A stretch of DNA of 64,000 nt from an uncultured Verrucomicrobiae bacterium (GCA_963769025.1 CAVYKI010000003.1:800001-864000), one strand, 5' to 3'. Shown: positions 1 through 11,040, numbered from the stretch's first letter. Made by a program: numbers and translations. The notes: generated by a model not told the origin, from the letters alone.

Positions 1-815
1 CCGTCGCCGAATCCCGCGGCGGCGGCGGCATCGAGCAGCTTGCGCTTCCACCGGCTGTCCGGCGTGTAGCCGTGCAAGGTGCGGCAGGAAAAAATCGAGA
101 AGCCTTCCGCCCGCAACAGACGGCGCATCTGCGCGGCAGTGAACTGCCAGAGGTGCGAGTCGAGGCACCATGTCCCCCATTTTTCACGGAGCATGAATCG
201 CGGGAGCGAAGCGTAGTTTGGAAAGGCCAGCATCAACTGGCCGCCGGACTTCAAGAGGCGATGCATCTCGCGGAGATAGGCCACGGGATCGGGGACGTGC
301 TCGATGGTGTGCGAGCAGTGGATCACATCGAAGACTTCCGGCTTCTCCCATTGCCCGATCAGGCTCCCCTGCCGCGTCTCGAAGCCGAGCTGCGCGCAGA
401 GCCCGGCGGCCCATTTCGAGTGATCGAGTCCGGTGGCTGCAAAGCCCATCGTCTGTGCGAGCCTGAGCGCGCGCCCGGTCGAGCATCCCACGTCGAGAAA
501 CGTGACGTCCTTCTGGCTGAACTGACGCAGGCGCGCCGTCATCAGATCGGCGAAGTGGCTCAGGCCGTGCGGATGGATCGCCTGCCCCTGCCCGGCGTAG
601 GGGGCGTGGTAGTCCTCCTCGTATTCGTCGGTGATCCCCGGCATGCGGCGGCGCACGCCGCATTTGCCACAGCGAACGATGCTGACATCGCGCACCGGAT
701 CGCGCCCGAGCGTCCACTCCTTGAAATGATGGATGCGCCGGAAACGCCCGCTCCCGCAGATGTTGCAGACTTCGGCTGCATAGGCTTTTTCGTGCATGGA
801 AGCGTCGCTCGTCAT
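1..815 (-). CDS. Class I SAM-dependent methyltransferase with N-terminal CxxC...CxxC (3' end runs off the window)
   Basis: Manual translation from ATG 815: MTSDASMHEK..CNIC..CGKC..FLDVGCSTG..FDVIHCSHTIEHVPDP..LKSGG; absent from the ORF track because there is no stop in the window. Confidence 0.85.
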   Translation of the reverse strand, partial: MTSDASMHEKAYAAEVCNICGSGRFRRIHHFKEWTLGRDPVRDVSIVRCGKCGVRRRMPGITDEYEEDYHAPYAGQGQAIHPHGLSHFADLMTARLRQFSQKDVTFLDVGCSTGRALRLAQTMGFAATGLDHSKWAAGLCAQLGFETRQGSLIGQWEKPEVFDVIHCSHTIEHVPDPVAYLREMHRLLKSGGQLMLAFPNYASLPRFMLREKWGTWCLDSHLWQFTAAQMRRLLRAEGFSIFSCRTLHGYTPDSRWKRKLLDAAAAAGFGD

Positions 816-849
816 CGAGCTATATCCCAGGAGATCATCGGGCGCGCAC

Positions 850-1596
850 TCACGTGACCCGGGCTACAAACAGGAGACCCGGAGAAAGACCCGGCATCTT
901 GCGGCCCAGCCATGCATCCACACGCGCCGGGGCTGTCTTCATTTTTTTCATGAAGAACTTCGCCACCCAGAAGCAAACGCGCTCCCAAAAATAACCGTTC
1001 ATCCGGAACGATACTCCGCGCACGTCGGTGACGCTCAATCCTTCCTCGTTCAACAATCGGGACATGGACCTTATCGTGTAGAAGCGGACGTGCCCTGTGA
1101 GTTCCGTATCAGGCGAGGGGTAATGCAGCCACTCGAGCGTCCTCCCGAAAGGAACGGCCATCCTCACGAAAAGCGGGACCGCATTTGGGACAGTCACGAT
1201 CAGCGTGCCTCCCGGCGCCAGTGCATTTCTCGCGAGGCGAATGGCGTTTCTTGGATCGAGAAGGTGTTCGCAGACCTCGCTGATCACGATCACATCGAAC
1301 TTGGACGAAAATGGGAGGGCATCATCGTTGTTCAGATCGACTCGCATGACTCTCAGGCCGGCGGCGACGCAAACCTCCACCGCGCCCGCCTCATATTCAC
1401 AGCCGAAGACCTCGTGATGTTTCTGCAGGCGCTGAATCAGTGCGCCACGACCGCAGCCGATATCGCACAACTTCCCCGCCGGCAGGGCGGTCAGGATTCC
1501 TTCCAGGGTCATAAAACGCGAATCAGTCTCAAAATAGTCATCGGATGGATCGAGGCTCGCGGCCATCCTGACGTACGTCTTTGTGAGATAATCCAT
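850..1596 (-). CDS. Class I SAM-dependent methyltransferase
   Basis: LCDIGCGRG motif I; FDVIVISEVCEHL..LAPGG. Confidence 0.88.
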   Translation of the reverse strand: MDYLTKTYVRMAASLDPSDDYFETDSRFMTLEGILTALPAGKLCDIGCGRGALIQRLQKHHEVFGCEYEAGAVEVCVAAGLRVMRVDLNNDDALPFSSKFDVIVISEVCEHLLDPRNAIRLARNALAPGGTLIVTVPNAVPLFVRMAVPFGRTLEWLHYPSPDTELTGHVRFYTIRSMSRLLNEEGLSVTDVRGVSFRMNGYFWERVCFWVAKFFMKKMKTAPARVDAWLGRKMPGLSPGLLFVARVT

Positions 1597-1668
1597 TCTA
1601 GCGTTGGGCGGTACCGGTTTGCCCGAATCCGTAAACCGGATGCGCAGAGAGGTCGAGAAGTTCGCTCT

Positions 1669-2934
1669 TCACTCCGCCTCTGGACGAGCGCGAAGGAAGC
1701 GCTTCCGCCATTGATGAAAGCGCACGCGGCAATGAAAGGGACGCAGGGCAATCTGCTCACGCAGCGAGTGGCCGAATTGATGCGCATCGAGATGGCGAGC
1801 GGCAGCCTGCGCATTGGCCAGATCCGCCGCGATGCGCGGGTTGTCGCACCCGGCGATGGTTGCGTTCAGCGCACCTTCGAGGCGATCCAGCGATGCCTCC
1901 GGATCGGCGAGCCGGCGGATTCGGAGCTGCGCCTGGCGACCCAGTTCCGCGCGCAAGCCGCGATCCGCTGCGAGGGTCAGAATTGCGCGGGCCATGGTGG
2001 CCGGTGTGCTGGCGATGAAGCCGCACGCGCCCGGTCGGACCAATTCGATCTGTGCCTGATCCCCCCAGGGCACGGAATTGGCGATGACCGGTTTGCCGTA
2101 GTTCATGGGTTCGGCGATGCCATAGCCAAAACTTTCCCCGATGCTTGATGTGTGCAACACGGCATCGAGGCTCGCGATTGTCATTCGCAGTTCGTGAAGG
2201 TCGCCTGTCGCAGGGAGAATGGCGAAGCGGTCGCGATCCGGCGATCCGGCGAGCGCGCGCGTCACAGCCGGCGGCGGTTCCCGGAGCAGGAGCTTGATGC
2301 GCGGGTTCTTTTGGAGTGCGAGCCGGAAGGCGCGCAGCGGGAGATCGGTCCACTTGTTCGGTTCCGGTCGCGATAAACGGCCGAAAAGAACCTCATCCCT
2401 CTCGATGCCGTGCGATGCACGGAAGCTGTCCACTGCATCGGGGGCAGGGGCATCCTCCGCATCCAATGGATAGATGGCGACGCTCGCTTTGCGGAAATAG
2501 TCTTCGTCCAGTTTCCGAAAACTGCGCCGTGCGGCCTGCACGCAACTCGTCCACGAAATAAACAGACGGAAATCCGTCCACCGATCCTCGCCGGGATTGT
2601 CGAGTTGCCCGAAGATGTTCGTCTGCACGACGGGGATTTTCGGGAGGCTGGCGAGCGCCTCGCCAAGCACGTCGCCCTCGTGCGGATGCCCCGGCGCGTG
2701 TGCGTGAATGACGCCGGGTTTCCGATCGCGCAATTCACGTGCGATGGCAGCGGGTGAGCGTTCCACCACCTGCACGGCGATTCCCGCGTCTTCCAATTCA
2801 CCTCTGCGCGGTCCGTCGCACAATGTGAGCACGGCGATGTCATGCCCGCGCTCTCGCAGGCCATGTGCCCAACGACAGGCCGCCTTTTCCGTGCCGCCGA
2901 GGCCGAGGGCGTTCAAAAACGTCAGGATCTTCAC
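1669..2934 (-). CDS. Glycosyltransferase family 4 (GT-B)
   Basis: N-terminal LGLGGTE; C-terminal ESFGYGIAEPM..GKPVI (EX7E-type motif). Confidence 0.88.
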   Translation of the reverse strand: MKILTFLNALGLGGTEKAACRWAHGLRERGHDIAVLTLCDGPRRGELEDAGIAVQVVERSPAAIARELRDRKPGVIHAHAPGHPHEGDVLGEALASLPKIPVVQTNIFGQLDNPGEDRWTDFRLFISWTSCVQAARRSFRKLDEDYFRKASVAIYPLDAEDAPAPDAVDSFRASHGIERDEVLFGRLSRPEPNKWTDLPLRAFRLALQKNPRIKLLLREPPPAVTRALAGSPDRDRFAILPATGDLHELRMTIASLDAVLHTSSIGESFGYGIAEPMNYGKPVIANSVPWGDQAQIELVRPGACGFIASTPATMARAILTLAADRGLRAELGRQAQLRIRRLADPEASLDRLEGALNATIAGCDNPRIAADLANAQAAARHLDAHQFGHSLREQIALRPFHCRVRFHQWRKRFLRARPEAE

Positions 2935-3755
2935 AGTGCCGGAGATGGGCGGGTGTCACTCGCGGGGTTCGATCGTTCGAAAAGTTCCAATGAGGTGAAG
3001 CGATCCTCCTGCAACGTCCGCGTCCGGTCGAAACCGAGGCTGCGGAGACGTTCCTGACACGCAGACCGGTCGCACTTGTCGTGATGAAACTCAAAGATGG
3101 CCACGCGCGTCCGTCGCAGCAGATCGGGATAGTTTTGGATGACGTCCCATTCCGAGCCCTCGATGTCGCACTTGAAGAGATCGATGGAATCCCCCGGCGG
3201 CACAAGTGTGTCGAGGTTCACGAACGGGACCTCGATGCCCTTGGCGGAATCGTTCGTGGAGAGCGAAGTCATCGCGTGATAGGCGGCCCCTGCGATTCTC
3301 GCGGCCCCATCGAGTCTTCCCGCCAGACCATGCACGGCGTGGTGGCGGCCCTGTAAAGCCGGCGAAGCAGCGAGGCGCTGAACGAGCTGGGAGTACGTCC
3401 TCGGGCAGCCCTCGATACACGTGATTCGGAAGTTCCCCGCTTCCCGTTCAGTCTTTGCCAGCAGATGCGCCACCCGGAGCGCGAAAAAGCCGACGTTCGC
3501 ACCGATATCCAACACCTTGAGCGAGGCACCCGCGCCCTTTTGGGCGATGGCCGCCTGAATGGCAGTGTCGTATTCGTTATCGGCGAAAATCGCGGTGTAG
3601 ATGATCCAATCGGCCCAGCTTTTCACTTTGATGTGCACGCCCGTGGTGAGGAGGAGTCCGAGGTCGAGCCGCTGAAGGATGAGTTCGTGGAGCCTGTTTT
3701 TCAGATTCCACCGGATAGCACGGAGCTTGTTTGCGAGACGGACACGGAAAGACAT
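2931..3755 (-). CDS. FkbM family methyltransferase
   Basis: VLDIGANVGFFA and IDLFKCDIEGSE motifs. Confidence 0.9.
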   Translation of the reverse strand: MSFRVRLANKLRAIRWNLKNRLHELILQRLDLGLLLTTGVHIKVKSWADWIIYTAIFADNEYDTAIQAAIAQKGAGASLKVLDIGANVGFFALRVAHLLAKTEREAGNFRITCIEGCPRTYSQLVQRLAASPALQGRHHAVHGLAGRLDGAARIAGAAYHAMTSLSTNDSAKGIEVPFVNLDTLVPPGDSIDLFKCDIEGSEWDVIQNYPDLLRRTRVAIFEFHHDKCDRSACQERLRSLGFDRTRTLQEDRFTSLELFERSNPASDTRPSPAL

Positions 3756-3774
3756 AGACTCTTATCAATATTGG

Positions 3775-5211
3775 TCAGGTTCGGCGGTAGCGGGATGCCA
3801 GATACCCGGCGACCAACGTGCCATGAAGCACAGCCAGCCCAGCCGGAACCCCTGTCGAGCGGGGCACCGCGCGCCAGATCGCCAGAAAAAGCAGTGCGAC
3901 GGCACCTTGGCAGGCGACCATTTTCCAAGTCGCAAGCGCGCGCCATCCACCGCCCCCAATGAGCCGGATGACATACATGTCTTGGGCGATGTCGCCGAGG
4001 CGCCCGAACAGGTAACCCCATGCGACCCCGACCATGCCGGCCACATTCCACCCGACATAAATGCCGCCCGCGGTGAGGAGGCCCGTGGCGATCTGAAAGG
4101 CGCTCAATGTTCCCATCCGATCAAGAGGTCCCATCTGCGAGGCAGAAATGCTCGCGACGGCATTCAGACAGGCGCCCACGATCAGGATCGGGAAGACGGT
4201 TCCCACTGCAGTCCCGACCTCCTCCCCGAGCCAAAGTCGCAGGAGGACGGGGTACCAAACCGCCGTCCACAGCGCCACATGCAGATACCACCCGAAGACG
4301 AACGAGAAGCACTCATTATACACCGTTGCCACGGCGGATCCGCGCCCGAGCGAGATGCTCGTATTGCAGAAAACCGGCCCCATGATTGCCCCGCTCAGGC
4401 CCTGTATCCTCGCACCCACATTTGCGGCGATGTTATAATGGGCAAAGCTGGCAGCAGGCGCGATTTTTCCGACGATGAGGCGATCGATAGAACCAAACAG
4501 CGCCCCGGAGACCAGCGAAAGGACCGTCCTGCCCGTGAAGGACGACATTTCCCGGGCCCGCAGCCCGGAACAGGAGGCAATGTCGAGACCGAGGCCGTAA
4601 CGTTTGCGGGCATGAAGGCCATAGACAGCGAGTTGGAGCCCGGCGACAGCGGTGGCCCACAAAATGAGCACCATCGGATTGCGCGTCCATCGCGCGAGCA
4701 CAAGCGCGACCGCGAGTTGAAAAAGCGTCAGTGAAGTTCGCGCCACGCCGATGAATTTGTAGTCGAGGTGGACTTGGGACAGGATGTTCCAAAACTGCCC
4801 GTAACAGGAAAGAAAGAGGCCAAAACCGGCCGCGGCGAACGACCAGCGAAGCAAGTCCCTGCTTTCCGGATCCACGTTGAACCACTGCGGCCCAAGTCCG
4901 ATTCCCAGCGCCATGAACAAGGCAGCCATTCCCGCCAGGAGCGGAATCGCGATGGCGTTCGCGGTGCCCCAATATTCGCGGATGGCTTGTTTGTCGCCTC
5001 GCCCGAGGGCGATTCCGATGTAGCGCCCGACCGCCACCCCGAAACCGAGATCCATGAAGCCAAAAATGCCCGTGAAAGTGAGCACGTACATCCAGAGCGC
5101 ATACTTCTCCGGACCGAGGAAACGGTAGAAGAGCGGCACCGATATGATGTTCAACGCGGTCACCACGAGCAGTGGCAACATGTTCCATAGAGTCTGGCGC
5201 TTGAGGCTCAC
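3775..5211 (-). CDS. Wzx-like oligosaccharide flippase (MOP superfamily)
   Basis: 478 aa polytopic membrane protein; RFLGPEKYA, MDLGFG, IDRLIVG; polysaccharide-locus context. Confidence 0.85.
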   Translation of the reverse strand: MSLKRQTLWNMLPLLVVTALNIISVPLFYRFLGPEKYALWMYVLTFTGIFGFMDLGFGVAVGRYIGIALGRGDKQAIREYWGTANAIAIPLLAGMAALFMALGIGLGPQWFNVDPESRDLLRWSFAAAGFGLFLSCYGQFWNILSQVHLDYKFIGVARTSLTLFQLAVALVLARWTRNPMVLILWATAVAGLQLAVYGLHARKRYGLGLDIASCSGLRAREMSSFTGRTVLSLVSGALFGSIDRLIVGKIAPAASFAHYNIAANVGARIQGLSGAIMGPVFCNTSISLGRGSAVATVYNECFSFVFGWYLHVALWTAVWYPVLLRLWLGEEVGTAVGTVFPILIVGACLNAVASISASQMGPLDRMGTLSAFQIATGLLTAGGIYVGWNVAGMVGVAWGYLFGRLGDIAQDMYVIRLIGGGGWRALATWKMVACQGAVALLFLAIWRAVPRSTGVPAGLAVLHGTLVAGYLASRYRRT

Positions 5212-5308
5212 CGTTTTTTGGAGCCTCCCGAGAGGCCATTCTCCGGCCCGGCTTTTTCAATGAAGCGCAGCCCCGAACGACTTTGCAGGCCGGTCGAGAA
5301 TCGGCGCA

Positions 5309-5899
5309 TCATGGTTTGGCAGCAGCCGCTTTCACAGCAGTTCCACGCGCCGCCGGCGGACCCACGGGATACGTCCCCTTGGGGTTGAAATGTTCGACCG
5401 TGAGTTTGCCGCCGGAGGCAGTGAGCCGTTCGATGACGACATCGCCCTCAAACTCCACCAGCAAATCGGGTCCCTTCACGACGAGCTTTCCCGGACGCGG
5501 AGGAACCACGGGAGAGCCGTTGACTTCCTGAAGCAGCGCAGTGCCATCGGCCTTGAGCGTAATCCGCCGGCTCCCGTTGGAGCCGTAGTTGACAAACCAT
5601 GTGCCAAAGATTTTCGGCGCCTCGGTGGCCACGATGCTGCTCGACTTGAGGGAGTCGATCTCGTCCTGCACGGCGGCAGCCCCGCGCGCGTCCCCGCGGG
5701 CGCCGAGCGTGCGCTTGAGCACATCGAGCCTCGATCCGTAACGGTCGCGGATGGGCCGTGTGGCAAACTCGATTTCCTTGAGATAGGTCCCGCGCGCCTG
5801 GGCGAGTTCCTGGGGTTCGTCGTCTGCTCGGACATGGTGCGGTGCGGCGCTCAAGACGAGCAAGAGTGCATGGAACAGGGCCGGGATGCGGGATCTCAT
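5309..5899 (-). CDS. Secreted hypothetical protein
   Basis: Signal-peptide-like MRSRIPALFHALLLVLSAAPHHVRA, then a helical segment and a beta-rich segment. Confidence 0.7.
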   Translation of the reverse strand: MRSRIPALFHALLLVLSAAPHHVRADDEPQELAQARGTYLKEIEFATRPIRDRYGSRLDVLKRTLGARGDARGAAAVQDEIDSLKSSSIVATEAPKIFGTWFVNYGSNGSRRITLKADGTALLQEVNGSPVVPPRPGKLVVKGPDLLVEFEGDVVIERLTASGGKLTVEHFNPKGTYPVGPPAARGTAVKAAAAKP

Positions 5900-5996
5900 A
5901 AGGAGCGGATGGGTTTCGCTGCAATCGTTGGTGTTGGTGGTGTTATGAAGCGGCAGCAAACAGGGTGGCGCATCGCTTGGCGGACGGTTCTTGCGT

Positions 5997-7586
5997 TCAG
6001 ATTATCGGAGCAGACTGGAGTGCCCTCCGGGAGCCGCCTGGCAGCGCCAGTTCGCCGCCGTTTCCCTGCGCAACGCCCGTCGCGTCGGGTGTGCCGAGCA
6101 ACTTCACCCGCGCACGGTCGATCACCCGGAGCAATCCGGCTGCAAAAAATGTTTCCGCCATATTCGAGTCATAGCCGCCAGCCACGAAGATGAAAGGCAA
6201 CGGCGCGAATACCACCGGCATCCCGACGAAAAGTGCCACGGGAAACAGGGCCGTTCCGTGGCACGCCCGGATCAGGCGGTAGGCCCGCACCGTCAGCAAC
6301 AGCATGAGCGGGAAAAACAAGGCAAGCCCGACCAGGCCTGCGTACCGGATCGTGGAGAGCGGTCCGCTGTGATAAGTGCCCACGATGAGGAACGCCTCCT
6401 GGCCGACGCCGGTCACAAAGCCCGTCGGGGACTGCATGATGCCGAGTTCGTAGCGCGTAAAACCGAACCCGTCGCCGAGCCACTTGTTCCGGATCCATTT
6501 GTCATCGACGAGGACCATGTTCCACATCTGGTAACGCCACTCGCTGGATGCCCGCGCGTCGCTCGCCGCTTCGTAATCCCAATTGCCAGGAAAAAACGAG
6601 AGCGCCCGCTGCGCCGCAAGGGGCAGTTGGAAAAGCCGCCCATGCCCAATCGCTGCAAACCCCACGAAAATCAAGGCGGCCAGCGCGAAGACGGCGATGT
6701 CCTGCTTGCGTTTCCGGAAATACGAGGAAAGGCCGATATACACGAACACCGTCAGGACTCCGCTGCGATAGCCCGAGAAAAGGACGCAGGTCATGAATGC
6801 GATCGCCGCCAGGAACCTGATCAAATGATGCGGAAAGAGAAAGCTGAAGGGCGTGAAGTAGGAAGTGAGCACCTGCATCCCCTTGACGCCTACGGCGCCC
6901 AGCAACGGGCGCCTTCCGAGCACATCTTCATTGATGATCTGGCCCGTCTCATACTCCGGCGGTGCGAATGTGGAATAGAACATCCCCAGACGCGTCGCCA
7001 TGGATGGCCAGACCAGCGTGATGAGGTTGCCAAGCGAGACAAAGGCTGCACCCGCCAGCGCAAAGATCGGAAGCAGCCGCACCTTCCCCAGATCCACCGG
7101 GACACGCTTGAGCACCGAGAAAGCGAGGAAGGCGATGAAGATGTCGAAGTACGGCCGGCCTCCCACCATCGTCGAGCCCAGCCAATCGACGCCGACGGGG
7201 TTGCGCGCGTACACCGTCACCAGATAGCCGAGATTGAGGAGCACGAAAAAATCGACCAGATCGAACTCGGGTTTGCTGCGGAGGAGCTTCAGCGCGTAAA
7301 ACACCAGAAAACCGACGGTGGCGACCCCGACGGCGATGTCGCGCACGGAAAGGGGCACGCCCGCAAACGGAAGCCGCCCCGTAAGCTCCCAGCACAGCGG
7401 GATCAGCAGCCAGACTCCGGTCCGCCAGAGGACGATCGTGGCAATCGTCACGACACCGAGCGCGATCAATCCGAGCAGCTTGAACTGGCCGCCACCGATC
7501 AGGCTGCCGCAGAGAATCGCAAACGCGCACGAGAGCACGATGGCGACGGCGGCGCTGACGTACTGGAGGGTGCGGTCGAGAGACAT
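5997..7586 (-). CDS. O-antigen ligase / Wzy-like polysaccharide polymerase
   Basis: Many TM helices; SGYRSG, WRYQMW, WLGDGFG, YHSGPL..YAGLVG (Wzy_C-like). Confidence 0.8.
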   Translation of the reverse strand: MSLDRTLQYVSAAVAIVLSCAFAILCGSLIGGGQFKLLGLIALGVVTIATIVLWRTGVWLLIPLCWELTGRLPFAGVPLSVRDIAVGVATVGFLVFYALKLLRSKPEFDLVDFFVLLNLGYLVTVYARNPVGVDWLGSTMVGGRPYFDIFIAFLAFSVLKRVPVDLGKVRLLPIFALAGAAFVSLGNLITLVWPSMATRLGMFYSTFAPPEYETGQIINEDVLGRRPLLGAVGVKGMQVLTSYFTPFSFLFPHHLIRFLAAIAFMTCVLFSGYRSGVLTVFVYIGLSSYFRKRKQDIAVFALAALIFVGFAAIGHGRLFQLPLAAQRALSFFPGNWDYEAASDARASSEWRYQMWNMVLVDDKWIRNKWLGDGFGFTRYELGIMQSPTGFVTGVGQEAFLIVGTYHSGPLSTIRYAGLVGLALFFPLMLLLTVRAYRLIRACHGTALFPVALFVGMPVVFAPLPFIFVAGGYDSNMAETFFAAGLLRVIDRARVKLLGTPDATGVAQGNGGELALPGGSRRALQSAPII

Positions 7587-7680
7587 CGAATTGGGGATAT
7601 TACAAAAGATCGCCCGCATGGAAAGGGCGACTCTGAGCGAATCATCCCGCGAGGCGGAATGCGATCCGCGCGTCAGCGCG

Positions 7681-8827
7681 CTATTTTCGCTGCGCCTTCA
7701 GCCACGTGAGTGCGGAAAGTTCACCGTCGCTGCGGTTCCTGCGGAGGTATTCGGCGAGGAGTTCCCCGTTCTGGCTCTGCAGGACCCACTCCAGACCCGC
7801 CGTGAGATCCTTCACGTTCTGCTTCTGCGTTTCCATTTCCGCGAGGCGCTGCGCGGGTACGACGGTGAGCCATGCGGGCTGCGAATCGGCGGGCAGGGCC
7901 TTGAGGGCGCGGGCTTCCATCGAGACGCCGACGAGCTGGCCGATGAGCGTGCGCGAAGCCTCCGGCGTGGCGAAGGTGCGGCCGAGACTGTACGTGAGCC
8001 GGAGCGCGTCATCCGCCGCGGCGGTGTCGCCGGCGTCGGCTGCCGACTTCTGCCATTCCATGAGGCTGCGGGAAGACTGCTGCGCGGCGCCCATGTGCGG
8101 GAGCGTCAGGCCGGCCATCGCGAGGAGACTGGCCTCCACGGAACTGACCCCGAGGTCTTCGTAGAGCAGTTGCGCGCTGTCCATGCGCTCGTTGGCGTAG
8201 GTGTAAAATGCGGGGCGTTCGAGCGCGGCGCGGATCTCGGCGACGGCCTCACCGGTTTGCTTCGCCTTGAAAAGTTCCTGCGCGGAAAAAATCCACGGCA
8301 GCGGATTGTTCGGATCGGCGGCCTTGAATCGCTCGATGAGCGCCATGCGCTCCGCGTCCGGCTGGTAGGTCTCTCCAGGCTTGCGGATCCGCACTTGCGG
8401 GGACCGACTCGATCGCCGCCATCAGGACAATGGGGCTGTTGGGAAAAAGCTCGAGCGCGCGTTCGAGCAGCTGGCGGTCGCGGGTCACGCCGAACGCCGC
8501 GACGAGGTTCGCCGGGGTCTCGCCGTGCTTCGCGAGGAAGCGCGTGATGTCCTCCGCAGTGGCTTTGGGGATCGTTTCGCCAAAATCGTCCCGAGTTCAT
8601 CAGCGAGGCGAAGCGCTTCCAATTCACCGCCGGCGTCTTTTCGGCGGAGCCGTGGAGCCCGGCGAAATGGAATTCTGCGCGACGCTGCCCGACGCGTGCG
8701 TGTCGCCCATTTTGTCCGGCGGCAAATCATCAGGACCGGACGTTTCCGGACCTGCCGACAGAAAAAAATACGCGCACGCCGCAATGGCAGCGAGCAGCGC
8801 GACGGCGGCAACGACGCGGGCGTTCAT
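7681..8827 (-). CDS. Membrane-anchored helical hypothetical protein (about three apparent frameshifts)
   Basis: Fragments 8624-8827, 8485-8811, 8249-8488 and 7681-8394 join into one plausible protein with an N-terminal TM segment. Confidence 0.6.
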
Positions 8828-8882
8828 GGGAAGACTTTGCCAGCCGGGACGCGGTTCGTCGCGCGGTTTTTTCGGGTGGAGA

Positions 8883-10611
8883 TCAGTTTGCACCGGCGGC
8901 GGGAACCGGAGCGGGCGTCTCTTTCCAGAGCACGCGCTCGACCCAGTCGCCGAAGCGCTCGTTGCCGCCGAGACGCTCGGCTTTCCAGCGCGTGAAGAGC
9001 GACTTCAGCTCGGGGATGATCTCCGGGTCCTTCACGAGGTCGCGCCAGACCTTGTTGATGCGCGTGCAGTTTTCATTGCCGCCGAGCCAGAGCTGGTAGC
9101 GGCCGGGGCCTTTGCCGACGAGGCCGATCTCGGCCATGTAGGGGCGCGCGCAGCCGTTCGGGCAGCCGGTCATGCGGATGATGATTTCCTCGCCGGCCAT
9201 GCCGAGTTCGCCGAGCGTCTCGTCGATGCGCCCGAGCAGCGTCGGAAGGTAGCGTTCGCTCTCCGCGAGGCCGAGGCCGCACGTGGGCATGCTCGGGCAC
9301 GCCATGCTCGCGAGGTGGATGGCGTTTGCCTGGTTGTCCACGGGGATGCCGTGCTCGGCGAGCAGCACGGTGATCGCGGCCTGGTCGCCGGGCTTGATGT
9401 TGGCGAGGATGAGATTCTGCGAAGGCGTGAGGCGCACTTCGGCCTGATATTTTTCCACGATGGCACGCAGCGCGGTCTTCTGCCGGCGCGCCGGGGACGT
9501 CCTTGATGCGGCCGGTCTCGACGTAAAGTCCGAGGAACATCGAGCCGTCGAGCGCCTCACCCCAGCCGAACGTGTCGCCCTGCTTGGTGAATTTGAACGG
9601 CTTTGCGTCGGGAAGTTTGTAGCCGATGCGATCCTCGAGTTCCTTGCGGAACCACTCGGCGCCCTTTTCCTCGAGGACATACTTGAGCCGCGCGTGCTTG
9701 CGATCCGTGCGGTCGCCAAAGTCGCGATGCACGGTGAGCACGCCGCGCGAAACTTCCACGAGCTGCTCGGGCGTGACGAATCCGATCACGTCCGCGATGC
9801 GCGGGAAGGTCTGCGTGAGGCCGTGCGTGCGGCCCTGCCCGCCGCCGACGGTGAGATTGTAGCCGATGATTTTTCCGCCCTCCTCGATGGCGATGTAGCC
9901 GAGGCAATTCGTGAGGATGTCCACGTCGTTCAGCGGCTGGAGCGCGAAGGCGGTCTTGAATTTGCGCGGCAGGTACGTGCGGCCGTAGAGCGGATCCACG
10001 AAGTCCTTGTTCTCCGGGGCCTCGAGGTTGAGCTGCACGCCCTCGACCCAGATCGAGTGATACGCCTTCGTCTTCGGCATCAGCGCCTCGGAGACGCGCG
10101 TGGCGTCGGCGAGGAGTTGCGCATGCTGTGCGCTCGCGACGGGCGCGGGCGGGCTCATCACGTTGCGGTTCACGTCACCGCACGCGGCGACCGTGTCCAT
10201 CATCGCGGCGTTGATCTGCTTCATCAGCGGCCCGAGGCCGGATTTTACCACGCCGTGAAACTGAAAGCTCTGCCGCGAAGTAATGCGCAGGGTGTCGTTC
10301 CCGTACCGCGTCGCAAGGTCGTCGTAAACGAGGTAACCCTTCGGTGAGAGCACGCCGCCGGGGATGCGCCCGCGGATCATGAAGATGAATTTTTTGCCCG
10401 CCTTGCGCAGATCGCGGTCATCCTGCTGGTAGATGCCGTGGAATTTCAGGAACTGCTGATCGTCGTCGGAAAAGCGATCCAGCGCCGGGTCCGCGAGGGT
10501 GGCGGCGAGGGTGCCCGCGAGCGTCGGGATCGCGGTTTTGATCTCCTCGTTGTGCGTGGGTTTCTTTTCCTTCGGTGCGGCGGGCGTGGTGGCGACAGCG
10601 GTTTCGCTCAT
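8883..10611 (-). CDS. cysI: Sulfite reductase hemoprotein (CysI/Sir-like), frameshift near 9490
   Basis: KFHGIYQQDDRD, AACGDVNRN, YLPRKFK, siroheme/4Fe-4S ligands CPSMPTC and GCPNGC. Confidence 0.9.
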
Positions 10612-10745
10612 GGTCTTTCGTGCGTTTCGGTTTGGATAAATGCGGATATTCTTCGATCCGGGGCGCGCACTGTGGAGCACATGTGCGGGTAGCGCAAGGG
10701 CATCGAACCCCCGGTCTGCCATGAAATTTCGGAGCGCGCCGTGCG

Positions 10746-10973
10746 TCAGTGCAGCAGCAGGGCAAAGGCTCCCGTGAGCGCGACTGCATGCAGCCACACC
10801 ATCAGGACTTGCATCCGGCTGTATGCGCGGGAGCTGCTGTTCTCGCTCGGCACATCGGGATCGGGCCCGAAGAAGCGTTCAAAATTCAAGACGAGATAGC
10901 CTCCCGCAAACAGCGTCAGAACGAACAGGCCGGTGAAGATGATTTGGATGAAGAGAAGTGGTTCCTGATTCAT
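10746..10973 (-). CDS. Small two-TM membrane protein
   Basis: 75 aa, two hydrophobic segments, GAGG before the ATG. Confidence 0.7.
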   Translation of the reverse strand: MNQEPLLFIQIIFTGLFVLTLFAGGYLVLNFERFFGPDPDVPSENSSSRAYSRMQVLMVWLHAVALTGAFALLLH

Positions 10974-11004
10974 GCCTCACGCTACCGCCACTGGAAATCC
11001 CGGC

Positions 11005-11040
11005 CAGATGCAGATCGCGTGATTTCCCACCGGTACAGAT
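11005..11040 (-). promoter_or_regulatory. Putative MocR-family operator (ATCTG direct repeats)
   Basis: Minus strand ATCTGTACCGGT-N13-ATCTGCATCTG between the MocR gene and the small membrane gene. Confidence 0.5.

Noticed and set aside
5991..7709. Long antisense ORFs (also 72-857, 796-2148, 18451-20280, 29953-31497, 55979-57289 and others)
   Set aside because: Shadow ORFs of high-GC genes on the opposite strand, with no recognisable motifs
10612..10745. SAM riboswitch or tRNA fragment upstream of cysI (GGTTCGATGCCC on the minus strand)
   Set aside because: No SAM-I core and no cloverleaf; the T-loop-like match is too short
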